Shown here one piece after another: positions 9,375-19,750 of a DNA stretch of 64,000 nt; within the stretch, counting starts at the first letter, position 1, and the number at the start of each line of letters is the position of its first letter. The stretch is from Candidatus Berkelbacteria bacterium (lineage in GTDB: Bacteria; Patescibacteriota; UBA1384; XYA2-FULL-43-10; 1-14-0-10-43-13): the NCBI GenBank assembly GCA_037143235.1, contig JBAWZC010000003.1, positions 25,192 through 89,191 on the forward strand, read 5' to 3'. The notes under the pieces were generated by a model, which was not told where the DNA came from, did not search any database, and saw only the letters and a list, made by a program, of their open reading frames with translations. The translations under genes were made by a program, and so were the position numbers.

Positions 9375-10553
9375 TCACTTCAACTTTTCAAGTCTCTTGT
9401 ATAAAGCTTCCGATATTTCTTGCAGAGAAGGGTTGACATCCTTTACTCTCTTACTGCCAATTTTTTTGACTAGCTGAAAAAACTCTTTCGGCCTCTTTAG
9501 ATCAAAATAGTAAATATTATTTTTCCCACCATTGTCAGGAAAGATGTCGAGAACGCCGTGAAGCCTAGTGGCAATCACAGGTTTTTCAGAAGCCATATAT
9601 TGATAGACTTTCCCTGGGAAAATAATATCTGTGATTTTATTTATCTGAAAAGGATTTATACAAACATCTGCAAGATTTATATATTTCGGTAACTTCGCGT
9701 AGTCGATGAAACCCGTCAATATGACTCTGTCCTCAAAACGATTTTTAGCTATTAATTTGTTGAGAAGATCAGCTTGTTGACCATGACCAACAATTATTAG
9801 CTTAACATCTTTGGTAGCCTCCCTGTTTCTTGCCATATACTCGATCAAAACATCTAAACCAGAAAAATTGTAAAGCGTACCAGCGAACAACACAACCTTG
9901 TCTTTTTCGGTAATGCCAAATTTTCTAATCAAATCTTTGTTCTTACCTTCTGGGTAGAAAAAATCTAGATCAGAACCTGAGGGGAGATAAAAAGTTGTTT
10001 TAGGATCGCCACCCATCTCAATCGCATATTCAACTAGCATCGGAGTTATCGCTGAAATTTCAGAAACTCTTTTGTATACATATTTTTCAAGAATGAAGGT
10101 CGGCCATGAGAGTATTTTCGAAGGGACTAATTGGTGCAAGACATCGAGAAGACGAAAATGTATAGGTATCCCGAACCTTTTTGCCCAAAACACCGTTTGC
10201 ACTCCGTTTGTCGGCACAGAGTACAAAACGATTTTATCAATTTTATACTCTTTTAGAGCTCGCGGGATGATGAAAAAGTAAGCAAAAAAAGCGACAAGGC
10301 GGCTTATACCTGGTATCTTGATAATGCCTGGTCTGACGAGAGTGATCCCCTTCTTTTTTCCAGTTCGTCGGACATCCGTCAGGTGTTGTGTTTTGAAAGT
10401 ACCGAAGTCAAAAAAGCTCTTCTTTTTCCAGGACATCGGGAAATCAATCATATAGACATTGTGTCCTTCCGAGGCAAGAATTTCCGGAATGATTTGAAAC
10501 TCGATAACGACCTTCTCTATATACTCTGTTTCATGGATAAACAATATATTCAT
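9375..10553 (-). CDS. Glycosyltransferase family 4 (GT-B fold)
   Basis: The C-terminal half has a GT4 signature ('VLFAGTLYNFSGLDVLIEYM...KLIIVGHG', 'ADVCINPF...'). Confidence 0.75.
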   Translation of the reverse strand: MNILFIHETEYIEKVVIEFQIIPEILASEGHNVYMIDFPMSWKKKSFFDFGTFKTQHLTDVRRTGKKKGITLVRPGIIKIPGISRLVAFFAYFFIIPRALKEYKIDKIVLYSVPTNGVQTVFWAKRFGIPIHFRLLDVLHQLVPSKILSWPTFILEKYVYKRVSEISAITPMLVEYAIEMGGDPKTTFYLPSGSDLDFFYPEGKNKDLIRKFGITEKDKVVLFAGTLYNFSGLDVLIEYMARNREATKDVKLIIVGHGQQADLLNKLIAKNRFEDRVILTGFIDYAKLPKYINLADVCINPFQINKITDIIFPGKVYQYMASEKPVIATRLHGVLDIFPDNGGKNNIYYFDLKRPKEFFQLVKKIGSKRVKDVNPSLQEISEALYKRLEKLK

Positions 10554-10620
10554 TTGGGGCTACAAATATGATCAGTTTTAATGTAATATAATCTTATTAT
10601 AAAAATAACAGATCAGTCAA

Positions 10621-11775
10621 ATGAAAATACTCCAAGTTATCCCCTTCTTTACTCCTGCGCTAAGCTTTGGTGGTCCAGTAAAGGTTTGCCAGCAAATCAG
10701 TTCTGAATTATCCAAGAAGGGTGACTCTGTCACAGTATGGACAACGGATGCTGCTGATACAGACAATCCTATTACAAAATATGACGAAATTGTTAATGGC
10801 ATCTCTATCAAGCGTTTCAAAAACTTTTTCCCAAAGCTGACACACGGTTACAATATATTTACTCCGATTGGTTTTTCTTCGTATGCGACAAAAACAATAT
10901 CAAAATATGATGTCGTCCATTGCCACTCTTTTTTTACATATCAAAACATTATTATTAGCCGAGTTTGCCGCAAGCACAAAGTCCCGTACATCATTCACCT
11001 TCATGAAACTCCTATTCCAAATGACCTGCTTGGTAAAAAAATAATTAAATCTACTTACAACCGTTTTTTTGGTAAAAAAATATTATTAAATGCCGACAGC
11101 ATAATAGTGGTTTCTTCTCGAGAGAAAGACCTTCTATCCGACTATTTACCAGAACTTAACAAAAGAATTTTTGTTGTGCCAAATCCTATCGAAAAATATG
11201 AATTTAATCCTTCCTTAAAGAAAACTGCGAAAGACTCAAAAACAATACTCTGTTTGGGCAGACTTAGTTTTATAAAATCGATTGACAACTTAGTGCTATC
11301 GTTTGCCGAACTTCTCAAAAAAGACGATTTATACAAGCTAATCATCGCTGGACCGAATGAGAACAAAACTTTACCTAAATTGCAAAAGCTTGTAAATGAT
11401 CTTGCAATAGCAGACAAGGTAGAATTTACAGGGCTAATAACTGGCGAGGCAAAAGAAAAAGTATTTTACAGATCAGATATTTTTGCTCTTTTCTCCGATT
11501 ACGAATCTTTTTCCGTTGCCTCCCTCGAAGCGCTCCAGCACAATCTCCCCTGCTGTTTATCTAATAATATTGGCATAGCCCCACAAATTGAGCAATCAGG
11601 CGCTGGCGTTGTTGTCGCTGACACAAAAAACTTTTCCGAATGCGCAGAAAAGATGAAATTTGTCTATGAAAATAGGTACAATCTATCAAAGAACTGTTCG
11701 AAAATTCTACCGTTATTTGAGATATCTGTTATAATGAACCTAATTAGAACAATATATAAGAAAGCGATTCAATGA
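10621..11775 (+). CDS. Glycosyltransferase family 4
   Basis: Contains the motifs 'MKILQVIPFFTPALSFGGPV', 'ILCLGRLSFIKSIDNLV...KLIIAGPNE' and 'FSDYESFSVASLEALQHNLP' (the E-x7-E region). Confidence 0.75.
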   Translation: MKILQVIPFFTPALSFGGPVKVCQQISSELSKKGDSVTVWTTDAADTDNPITKYDEIVNGISIKRFKNFFPKLTHGYNIFTPIGFSSYATKTISKYDVVHCHSFFTYQNIIISRVCRKHKVPYIIHLHETPIPNDLLGKKIIKSTYNRFFGKKILLNADSIIVVSSREKDLLSDYLPELNKRIFVVPNPIEKYEFNPSLKKTAKDSKTILCLGRLSFIKSIDNLVLSFAELLKKDDLYKLIIAGPNENKTLPKLQKLVNDLAIADKVEFTGLITGEAKEKVFYRSDIFALFSDYESFSVASLEALQHNLPCCLSNNIGIAPQIEQSGAGVVVADTKNFSECAEKMKFVYENRYNLSKNCSKILPLFEISVIMNLIRTIYKKAIQ

Positions 11776-13766
11776 TTGACTGGATTAACATCAAGGCGCT
11801 TTTTGTGATTGTATCTATTCTGACAGTCAGTAGTTTTGCACTGTATTTTCCGATGGCCGCCATATTTGAAGAGAAGATTGCTGCCAAATTTGCGATTCCT
11901 GTCTCAATCTCCGTCCAGATTATCTTCGCATATGTCTTCTATTGTTTTGGCATCGTAAAAATCTATCCAGCTATCTATGCTTCGCTAATAGTGTTTATAA
12001 ATGTTTTAGCCATATGGAAACTTAAACATGGTTTTTTCAATATACGCAGGCCGTCCCTCCAGCAAATTCTTCACATACTAGCTCTTATCATACTTTTTTG
12101 CGTTATAATATACAGCAGGTTTCATGATTCTTTCACAAACATTGCCCCTGGAGAAATTGACACTTACAGTCATGTCCAATTTATAAAAGATCTTACTACA
12201 CAAGGATACTTAAATTTTCCACAATACGCCCCTGGTTTCCATCTGTTTCTCTATCCTCTAGTTTTCGTAACCAAACTGTCTGAGATATATAGATTTGCAG
12301 GCCCTACAATAGGTGTGCTGTGTATTTTATCTTCGTTTCTCCTGCTAAAGGATTCTTTCAAGCGAACAACAACAAGGTACGTATTTCTCGCACTTTGCCT
12401 TTTACCAATATTCAATCAGCTATTCTTGCAACAAATCGGCTTTTTTTCAACTTCACTTTCGTTCATTTTCATACCGTCGCTCATTTTTGCCATCTATACG
12501 AAAAAAGATATCTTACCAAAATCAGGAATATTAATTCTATACGGTCTGATAATTTCTGCACTATCTTTGACTCTTCCATATCTCTATATCCAGTACCTGC
12601 CTTCGCTTGCTCTTTTCTCTATCATAATTTTTGCAACTAAAAAAGGCTACTCAAATGATTATCTGCGCAAAATATTATGTATCTGTATACTATCTTTTAT
12701 TGGCTTTTTCTTGGCATTCGGACATGTGTATTTGCAGACGAAGATTCTTAAAAGAGCAGACAATTTCCCCGCCATGGAGTTTACCCGTTTTGAAAATGGC
12801 TCGTTAGTTGTCAGCAACAGTTACTCGCCCACAGACAATCCAAATCAGACAGTTACCCCAGCTGCCAGAAGCTACATTAGCACTATAGCGGACCATAGTT
12901 CCCAGGCTATTTTAAAAGCATCAAAGAAGATTGATCCTGTCACCAAGACTTTGAAAGAAACTGCTGCTTATACAAAGTATATTAGGCCAATGCTGAATAC
13001 TGCCAATGAGGCATTTTCCGTAAAAAATATTCGTCCATTTGCGGGAACTCTATCTATAGGCGCATATGTGTGGATATTCATATGCGCATTAGTGCTCCTC
13101 TATGCTTCGTTAATAAAGAACACTCTGCTTCTAACATTATCAGCCTTTACATTAATATTTGGCATAGCAACACAGTTTGGTGTTTTAGAAATTAGCTCAT
13201 ATCGAGGAAGAAGCGGCTGGTATTTATTGCTTTTCATGATACTTCTCGTAACTTTCCTATATGACCTTTATTTTCCTAAAAAGTTTGAAAAGAAATGGTT
13301 TATTTATACGGCTATTGCTCTAAGTTGCACCTTAGGGATAGCTAAACCACCAGTATTCTACCGAGCCTACTATACTGATAGTTATGTCAAACTAAAAAAT
13401 ATTGTGACCTCGCTGCCCGATAAGACGACATTGTCATTGTTGACAAATGATAGACAGCTAAGTCTAGTATTGGAAAGCATTCAGCTAACCCCACTGGATA
13501 ATGGGACAATCTTAAAACCATGCAGCAGCAATACCTGTGTAATAATTATCGATAAAAAGTTTTTTGATGCAGATCCTATTTTATCTCAGAAAAGTATCGC
13601 CGGGGATGAAAACTTCTCAGATTATTATGCCAAACAAGTGGCAGCTGAACTTGAGTACAAAACAAGAGTTGAGAGAATCAAAGGTACATATGAATTCTCT
13701 TTGTACAAACTATACTGGGACGATAACAACACCGAGATATATTGGATAAATAATAGCGCTAAATGA
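11772..13766 (+). CDS. Large polytopic membrane protein (>12 TM) with a C-terminal soluble domain. Possible GT-C glycosyltransferase or polymerase.
   Basis: 664 aa. ATGA overlap with the upstream GT4. No recognisable catalytic motif, so the role is inferred from glycan-locus context. Confidence 0.4.
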   Translation: MIDWINIKALFVIVSILTVSSFALYFPMAAIFEEKIAAKFAIPVSISVQIIFAYVFYCFGIVKIYPAIYASLIVFINVLAIWKLKHGFFNIRRPSLQQILHILALIILFCVIIYSRFHDSFTNIAPGEIDTYSHVQFIKDLTTQGYLNFPQYAPGFHLFLYPLVFVTKLSEIYRFAGPTIGVLCILSSFLLLKDSFKRTTTRYVFLALCLLPIFNQLFLQQIGFFSTSLSFIFIPSLIFAIYTKKDILPKSGILILYGLIISALSLTLPYLYIQYLPSLALFSIIIFATKKGYSNDYLRKILCICILSFIGFFLAFGHVYLQTKILKRADNFPAMEFTRFENGSLVVSNSYSPTDNPNQTVTPAARSYISTIADHSSQAILKASKKIDPVTKTLKETAAYTKYIRPMLNTANEAFSVKNIRPFAGTLSIGAYVWIFICALVLLYASLIKNTLLLTLSAFTLIFGIATQFGVLEISSYRGRSGWYLLLFMILLVTFLYDLYFPKKFEKKWFIYTAIALSCTLGIAKPPVFYRAYYTDSYVKLKNIVTSLPDKTTLSLLTNDRQLSLVLESIQLTPLDNGTILKPCSSNTCVIIIDKKFFDADPILSQKSIAGDENFSDYYAKQVAAELEYKTRVERIKGTYEFSLYKLYWDDNNTEIYWINNSAK

Positions 13767-14165
13767 TGCTTGCCATCACGCGCTTGCTACAGTACATCAA
13801 TAAGGCAATCTATTGGCCACTCACGGCGTACATTAACAGCTCTTCCCCGAACAACTACAGTCTGGTTGTCTATGCCAGACTCGACCAGACTGTCATTTGG
13901 GCGGAAATAAACAGCTGCTGCGTGATGCTCACGCTTCGCATCGTCTGTAATATTTCAGCCTGGAAATAGCTATGAATATTGTTTGTCGCCAAAATAGGGC
14001 TCATTGTGCTATTCTTTACGTCAATATAATCTCAAGAAAAGCTGATTTGCTAGGACAACTCGGGTATTTATTTGCATTAATTTTATTACGCTGTCAGCGA
14101 TGTTTCTCGAATAGTTCTTGCAGCCATAAGCAGGAGCAACAAAAGATAGTCCCGAAGAGAAAGTA

Positions 14166-15269
14166 TTATTTTTTCCAAAAGCTTAGGACGATTCTAGTTA
14201 TGATATCGCTAACATTTTTCACAATATACTCCTTAGGCGGTTCCCATTTCAATTCTGAACTTGTTGCGATCTCAACACCGAGCAAAATCGTCTCTGGATC
14301 ACTTCCAGCGATGAAATTGCTACCAGCCTCTATTGTCTCTGGTCTCTCGGTCACATCGCGCAAAGTAACGTTTGGAACGCCGAAAATCGCACACTCTTCC
14401 TGAACCGTACCGCTGTCGCTAAGTGCACAAAAAGCATTTTTCTCAAGATGGACAAAGTCAAATAAGCCCATTGGCTCGAGAGGAATCATTCCTTCGCCCC
14501 CTAAAGACTTGCCCTGTTTCTCTAGTTGTGATCTTGTCCGTGGGTGCACACTAAGAACAATTGGCATCTTATATTTATCGTAAATTCTCTTGAAAGCTTC
14601 AATAAAATCAGTCAGTCTTTCAGAAACATCAACATTTTCTGCACGGTGAAGCGTGACAAGAAAGTATTTTCCTTTCTCTACTCCAAGTCGATCCATTACG
14701 TCGCTCTTATCAATTTCGCCCTGGTAACAATTCAAAACTTCGAGAATTGGATTCCCTGTAACATAGATTTTTTTACTCGTGATGCCTTCTGCCAAAAGGT
14801 TCGCCCTACTACGTTCAGTATATGGCAATAAAATCTCACTTGAGTGATCGACGATTCTTCTGTTCACTTCTTCTGGCACTCGATCATCATAGCAACGATT
14901 ACCGGCTTCCATATGAAATACTGGGATACCCATTCTCTTCGCAACGATCGCAGACAAGGCGCTGTTTGTATCACCTAATATCAAGATTGAATCAGGCTTT
15001 TCCTCTTGGAAATACTTTTCGCAACCCTCTAAAATGATACCAATCTGACCCATCGCGCTAGCAGATTTTGAATCTAAGACATGATCTGGCTTCCTGATCT
15101 TCAATTCTTCAAAGAATATATCATTCAGAGTTTTATCAAAATTCTGACCAGTATGTAGGACTTTGTGATCACAAAATTGATCAAGCGTCGCCATTACTCG
15201 ACTAAGGCGAATAATTTCTGGCCTAGTTCCCAGAACCGTTATCACTTTTGGCTTCTTATTTTCCTGCAT
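14166..15269 (-). CDS. UDP-N-acetylglucosamine 2-epimerase family (FnlC/WbvD/CapG-like)
   Basis: Contains 'VLGTRPEIIRLSRV...HTGQNFD...ILGDTNSALSAIVAKRMGIPVFHMEAGNRCYD...PEEVNRRIVDHSS', which is canonical for the 2-epimerase family. It is the last gene of a three-gene L-6-deoxy-HexNAc cluster. Confidence 0.85.
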   Translation of the reverse strand: MQENKKPKVITVLGTRPEIIRLSRVMATLDQFCDHKVLHTGQNFDKTLNDIFFEELKIRKPDHVLDSKSASAMGQIGIILEGCEKYFQEEKPDSILILGDTNSALSAIVAKRMGIPVFHMEAGNRCYDDRVPEEVNRRIVDHSSEILLPYTERSRANLLAEGITSKKIYVTGNPILEVLNCYQGEIDKSDVMDRLGVEKGKYFLVTLHRAENVDVSERLTDFIEAFKRIYDKYKMPIVLSVHPRTRSQLEKQGKSLGGEGMIPLEPMGLFDFVHLEKNAFCALSDSGTVQEECAIFGVPNVTLRDVTERPETIEAGSNFIAGSDPETILLGVEIATSSELKWEPPKEYIVKNVSDIITRIVLSFWKK

Positions 15270-16311
15270 TTTTAAGCCTTTCTAGCTCTTGCTGTATCTC
15301 TGGCAAACTAAGCAAAAGCTCCTTTGTTTGCTCAACATTTAGCTGAGTTGTGTTTCCAGATGTGTAGGACTCAATCTTGTCAATATCAACATCCTGACCG
15401 GTAGTAAAATACTTATTGTAATTTAGATCCTGGCTCTCTGGCGGAATGTCGTAGTAATCACCAAGGTCAATTGCTCTCATCATCTCTTCTTGGGAGACGA
15501 GAGCCTCGTGCATCTTCTCTGAGTTTCTGATACCAACCTCCACATAGCCTGGCTCATATTCGAATAATTTACACATTGCCTTTGCAAGTGTCTCAATGGT
15601 AGCGGCTGGTGCTTTTTTGATATACGTATGACCATTTCCGCCATGAGTCAAGCCAAACAAGACTAAGTCAACAGCATAAGGCAAAGGCAAGAGGAATCGA
15701 GTCATAGCTCCATTTGTAACGGTTAGCCTTTCCCCTTTTTCCATCAAGCTTACGAAGTAAGGAAGGACTGATCCTCTCGAATAAAGCACATTTCCGTATC
15801 TTGTGCCGCACATGCTGGTGGAAGTATTTGACAGGGTCTTAGCTGTTGCCACCATCAGCTTCTCCATCAGGGCCTTCGACATGCCCATCGCATTGATCGG
15901 ATAAACAGCCTTGTCAGTGCTCAAGACGACAACTCTTTCGACACCGTGGTCCATCGCCGATTCGAGAACATTATTTGCGCCGAGAACATTTGTTTTCACA
16001 GCTTCAATAGGAAAAAATTCGCAAGACGGAACTTGCTTCAGGGCGGCCGCGTGGAAAACGTAGTCAACGCCTTCTCGCATTGCCCGATCAAGACTAGCTC
16101 TGTCCCGAACATCACCAATGACGAAATCAAGCAACGGATTATTAAACTCATTTCTCATGTCGAATTGCTTTTTCTCATCGCGACTAAAGATAATAATCTT
16201 CTTAGGCTTCATCGACAAAAGTCTCTTTGATACTGTACTGCCAAACGAGCCTGTGCCGCCTGTTATTAAAATCGTTTTACCTTCAATTTTTGATTTGATT
16301 TCTTCTTCCAT
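15256..16311 (-). CDS. UDP-GlcNAc 4,6-dehydratase/5-epimerase, extended SDR family (FnlA/CapE/WbvB/PseB-like)
   Basis: Contains 'KTILITGGTGSFGSTVSKRLL' and 'YVFHAAALKQVP...GMSKALMEKL' (the catalytic YxxxK variant, MxxxK, seen in the CapE/PseB subfamily). Confidence 0.8.
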   Translation of the reverse strand: MEEEIKSKIEGKTILITGGTGSFGSTVSKRLLSMKPKKIIIFSRDEKKQFDMRNEFNNPLLDFVIGDVRDRASLDRAMREGVDYVFHAAALKQVPSCEFFPIEAVKTNVLGANNVLESAMDHGVERVVVLSTDKAVYPINAMGMSKALMEKLMVATAKTLSNTSTSMCGTRYGNVLYSRGSVLPYFVSLMEKGERLTVTNGAMTRFLLPLPYAVDLVLFGLTHGGNGHTYIKKAPAATIETLAKAMCKLFEYEPGYVEVGIRNSEKMHEALVSQEEMMRAIDLGDYYDIPPESQDLNYNKYFTTGQDVDIDKIESYTSGNTTQLNVEQTKELLLSLPEIQQELERLKNAGK

Positions 16312-16322
16312 AAATCTTCTTT

Positions 16323-17210
16323 CTAAGTATATTTAATGAAATTGCTATTTGATTTGTAATATTCATACATTTTCTCGATCAAGACGTCCCAGCTTGGCGG
16401 AGTATAGCTGGATATTTTTCGAAACCTGTCTGAATTAAGTGATTTGTCAGAGACCTCATTGTCCGAAGATATCAAGTTTACCTTTTTGCTATAAACTTTA
16501 GCAACAAGTTTCAGAAGATCATATTTTGAGATTGGATCCGCCGAGACATGGTAAAGACCAGAGAGCTCATGATTAGGAAGAATATATTCTGTCAAAATTC
16601 TGGCAATCTCTACTGTAGGAAAGCCGGAGAAAATGACTTTATCATAGCCAGTAACATCACCTTCTTGCGCCAGAAACCAGTCGACTAGAGAAGCATTCGT
16701 CTCTAGGCCGTGACCGATGATCGAAGTTCTCATCGTGAAGCAGTGAGGATAAACTACCTCTCCTAGGTATTTTGTCCGACCATATACATTACCTGCATCG
16801 GAAAAATCTTTTTCGGTATAGTTCCCCTTTTTACCACTAAAAACACAATCTGTGCTAAAGTGGATCATTCGCGCGTTGTATTCCTCACAAATTGAGGCAA
16901 GTCTATGAGGGAACAACGCATTCATGTATATAGCCATCGCCGTATTAGAGGCGCTCGGAGATTGTTTGATGAGACCAACGCAATTCATAACAACATCTGG
17001 TTTCAGCTCCTTGATAGCAGTGCTCAGTGACAGAAGGTCTTCTATATCAATGTCTGCAATAATCTTGTTTGCAAGGTTCTCGGGGAAAAAGGCTGGGTTC
17101 ATTTTTCTGGCAGTCCCATATACGTCAAAATCAGCTTTTGACAATTCAGTAAATAGTGCATTTCCCAACATTCCGGTCGCACCCAAAACAAGAATTCTTT
17201 TACTGTTCAT
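16323..17210 (-). CDS. NAD(P)-dependent sugar-nucleotide 4-reductase, RmlD substrate-binding family (WbvR-like)
   Basis: 295 aa with a 'KRILVLGATGMLG' Rossmann motif. It is the first gene of the dehydratase-reductase-epimerase trio. Confidence 0.7.
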   Translation of the reverse strand: MNSKRILVLGATGMLGNALFTELSKADFDVYGTARKMNPAFFPENLANKIIADIDIEDLLSLSTAIKELKPDVVMNCVGLIKQSPSASNTAMAIYMNALFPHRLASICEEYNARMIHFSTDCVFSGKKGNYTEKDFSDAGNVYGRTKYLGEVVYPHCFTMRTSIIGHGLETNASLVDWFLAQEGDVTGYDKVIFSGFPTVEIARILTEYILPNHELSGLYHVSADPISKYDLLKLVAKVYSKKVNLISSDNEVSDKSLNSDRFRKISSYTPPSWDVLIEKMYEYYKSNSNFIKYT

Positions 17211-17291
17211 ATTAAATATATATCCTTTTCTTAGCTTAGCTTATCTTTTTTAACATGTTTTATCAAGCGAAATATCCATCTGCCCAGGCTT

Positions 17292-18506
17292 TTATTTACC
17301 CCTGTAGACAGTCTGGTAATACTCAACCGCTTGTCTTTTCAACAACTTTGAATCTAGACGAAGATTAACTGTTTTGTAGTTTTCTACCGCGGCCAAATCC
17401 ACAAGATCATCGTTGGTTAAAGCTATTCTAAGAGCTTTCTCTATCACATCGGGGTCTTCCGGGGATACAAGTAGGCCAGTACTACTATCTTTGATCCACT
17501 CATCGGCAGTAGCTGTTCTAGATTGTATTGGGAAAGAGCCCATTGCCATAGCCTCTAAGAGAGCAGTGCTGATACCATCACTGATACTCAGACCGATCGA
17601 AATCCTAGACCTACCATGCATTTTAAGCATGTCTATGTGCTTTGTATTCGACGGCATTATTCTGACTGGAATCCCAGTGTTCTGGGCAAAAAGCTCAGCA
17701 GATATTTCAACTGCAGATGGAATAGTCGGCGAAATAGCCAAACCATCGGTTACAGCAGAATATATAACAACTTCATATCCCCTTAGCAAGTCAGCGCAAC
17801 GCTCAAGCGCTCTTATCCCAAACAAGGACCTGCCTGCCCACCCATAGTAGCCTTTGAGCAATATAACCCGACGTTTCGAAGTCACTAGCTCTGTCTTCCT
17901 TAGCATTTCTATTTTCTCTAGATCAAATCCGCCCGTATTCGGAAACACGGGAAGAGTTATGCCCCGAAAACCATAATCTCTCGCCAATTGTACATCTCTT
18001 TGTGACTCACACGAATAATAATCGCAAGATTTCAGAGTTTCTTTAATTCTATCGCGATGACTTGCAAGTCGGCCAAAAAGATATATGTCACTGCCCCAGT
18101 TAGTGGCAATCCATTTTGGAAAAGTTCCTTTATATCGTTTTTTTGCATCCAGAACAAGATAGCCAGCGCCCTGTAGCTCCAAGGAATGTACTATGTCAGG
18201 TTTTATTTTCTTAATTAATTTGTTTAGACTGTTAACGCGGTGATTTCTCATTTTGTTATTTAAAAAATACGCTCCAAAAGAAGCTATATTCTCAGCAAAA
18301 ACTGGAACGCCTGTTTTTCTGACGCTTTTATCAGTTTTCTGATTGCCATACAGTGTATGATGGATAGTCAAGTTTTTCAATTCAGGGTATGACTTGCCAC
18401 TTTCGTAGCTAGGAAAAAGATGGATATCCCAACTTTGATTAGCAATCTGTGCTATCCATCTTGCCGTGTGCACGCTCTCCGACATTGCTACAAATAATAT
18501 CTTCAT
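17292..18506 (-). CDS. Glycosyltransferase family 4
   Basis: 404 aa. The C-terminal segment 'GLSISDGISTALLEAMAMGSFPIQS' is typical of GT4. Confidence 0.65.
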   Translation of the reverse strand: MKILFVAMSESVHTARWIAQIANQSWDIHLFPSYESGKSYPELKNLTIHHTLYGNQKTDKSVRKTGVPVFAENIASFGAYFLNNKMRNHRVNSLNKLIKKIKPDIVHSLELQGAGYLVLDAKKRYKGTFPKWIATNWGSDIYLFGRLASHRDRIKETLKSCDYYSCESQRDVQLARDYGFRGITLPVFPNTGGFDLEKIEMLRKTELVTSKRRVILLKGYYGWAGRSLFGIRALERCADLLRGYEVVIYSAVTDGLAISPTIPSAVEISAELFAQNTGIPVRIMPSNTKHIDMLKMHGRSRISIGLSISDGISTALLEAMAMGSFPIQSRTATADEWIKDSSTGLLVSPEDPDVIEKALRIALTNDDLVDLAAVENYKTVNLRLDSKLLKRQAVEYYQTVYRGK

Positions 18507-18514
18507 AATCAGTC

Positions 18515-19750
18515 CTAATTAAGTTCTAAAAATCTTTTAAAGTTTTCCTCTAGTGTATCGTTTGTAAAAAATCTATTAAATGATTCTCTGCCATTACAAA
18601 CCATTTCTGCATAAGCCTTTTCATCAACTACAAATTTCGTTAGCTTACAAATAATTTTTTTACTATCCAGTGTATTGCAGCACAGGCCACAATCGGATTC
18701 TTTAATGAATCTCGCTGGAGAGCTAAAATCGGGCCCATGAAATAATACTGGTCGTCCTGCAGCCAGATAAGTCGTAATTTTCGATGGAAAACTATATCGT
18801 GACACTGATTCGTAGGACGAATCAAACCAGTACGGACAATAAAGCACATCCATCTGAGACAACAGCTTGATCGTTTCTTCTTGAGTCCGCCAACCTAGTA
18901 CTGAAATGTTTGGATTATCAGCCAGCTCAGCAGGCCACTTACCAATAAATTTGATTGATACTTTCCTGCCGGCAATCTTCCATTCCACTGACTCTAGTGC
19001 TCTGACTAGAGCAACCCATTCTTCTTTAGCATAAATCTGACCAGCCATCCCAATTATGAAAGAACCATCAGTTTTTAATCCAGGAACAACCGGCAAAGCC
19101 ATGTTTTGGTCAAGGCTTGGAATTAATGGAACAGTTCTCGCCCCGTACTTATGCTCATATTCTTGAGCCATTGCCCATGATGCAGTTGCACAGCCCTTAC
19201 TCTCTCTGATCGCATCTTCAAATTGTTTTAAATATTCATTTGTAGACAGCTCGTTCATCCTAGCATGTTTTGCTTCCCAAATTGGGGGGTCCCAAACCTC
19301 AGTATAGAGAGGGAGCCCAAGCTTCCTAGCAGCTTTTGTGGCCAAACGAATTGTGGCCTGGCCTGAAAGAATACACCATATCGAGTCAACATGGTTTTTT
19401 TTAGCAAATTCTGCCATTCTATTAAGCAAGAACTTATCACCGATATATTCGTTGTAATAGAACCCTATTCTACCAATCAACTGATTTAGGCAATAAGGCA
19501 CCCTAGGCCAAAAACCAAAATAAGAAGTATACCTTTCGGTTGGTATCCACGCTAGGTCCTCTGGGATTTCTGCTCTTATTTTTATTATCGGAAGTTGCAA
19601 AAGAAAACATGCCAATGAGCTTTTTGGCAAGAAACGACAAAGTTGTGCCAAAATAAGACCGCCGCTATAATTACTACATGGTGGTATTTCACTAATAAGC
19701 AAAATTTTTCTGCTAGCTTTGCTATTCATTTTTCTTTCCAAAATTCTCAT
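18515..19750 (-). CDS. Glycosyltransferase (GT-B, GT4-like)
   Basis: 411 aa. The C-terminal 'KITTYLAAGRPVLFHGPDFSS' resembles the GT4 nucleotide-binding region. The assignment is weaker than for its neighbours. Confidence 0.5.
   Translation of the reverse strand: MRILERKMNSKASRKILLISEIPPCSNYSGGLILAQLCRFLPKSSLACFLLQLPIIKIRAEIPEDLAWIPTERYTSYFGFWPRVPYCLNQLIGRIGFYYNEYIGDKFLLNRMAEFAKKNHVDSIWCILSGQATIRLATKAARKLGLPLYTEVWDPPIWEAKHARMNELSTNEYLKQFEDAIRESKGCATASWAMAQEYEHKYGARTVPLIPSLDQNMALPVVPGLKTDGSFIIGMAGQIYAKEEWVALVRALESVEWKIAGRKVSIKFIGKWPAELADNPNISVLGWRTQEETIKLLSQMDVLYCPYWFDSSYESVSRYSFPSKITTYLAAGRPVLFHGPDFSSPARFIKESDCGLCCNTLDSKKIICKLTKFVVDEKAYAEMVCNGRESFNRFFTNDTLEENFKRFLELN

Noticed and set aside
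13763-14403. ORFs 13763-13969 and 13972-14403
   Set aside because: The second overlaps the 2-epimerase gene on the opposite strand. The first has no RBS and Cys/Ile-rich odd composition. The 13767-14165 interval is more likely a noncoding 3' region shared by convergent genes.
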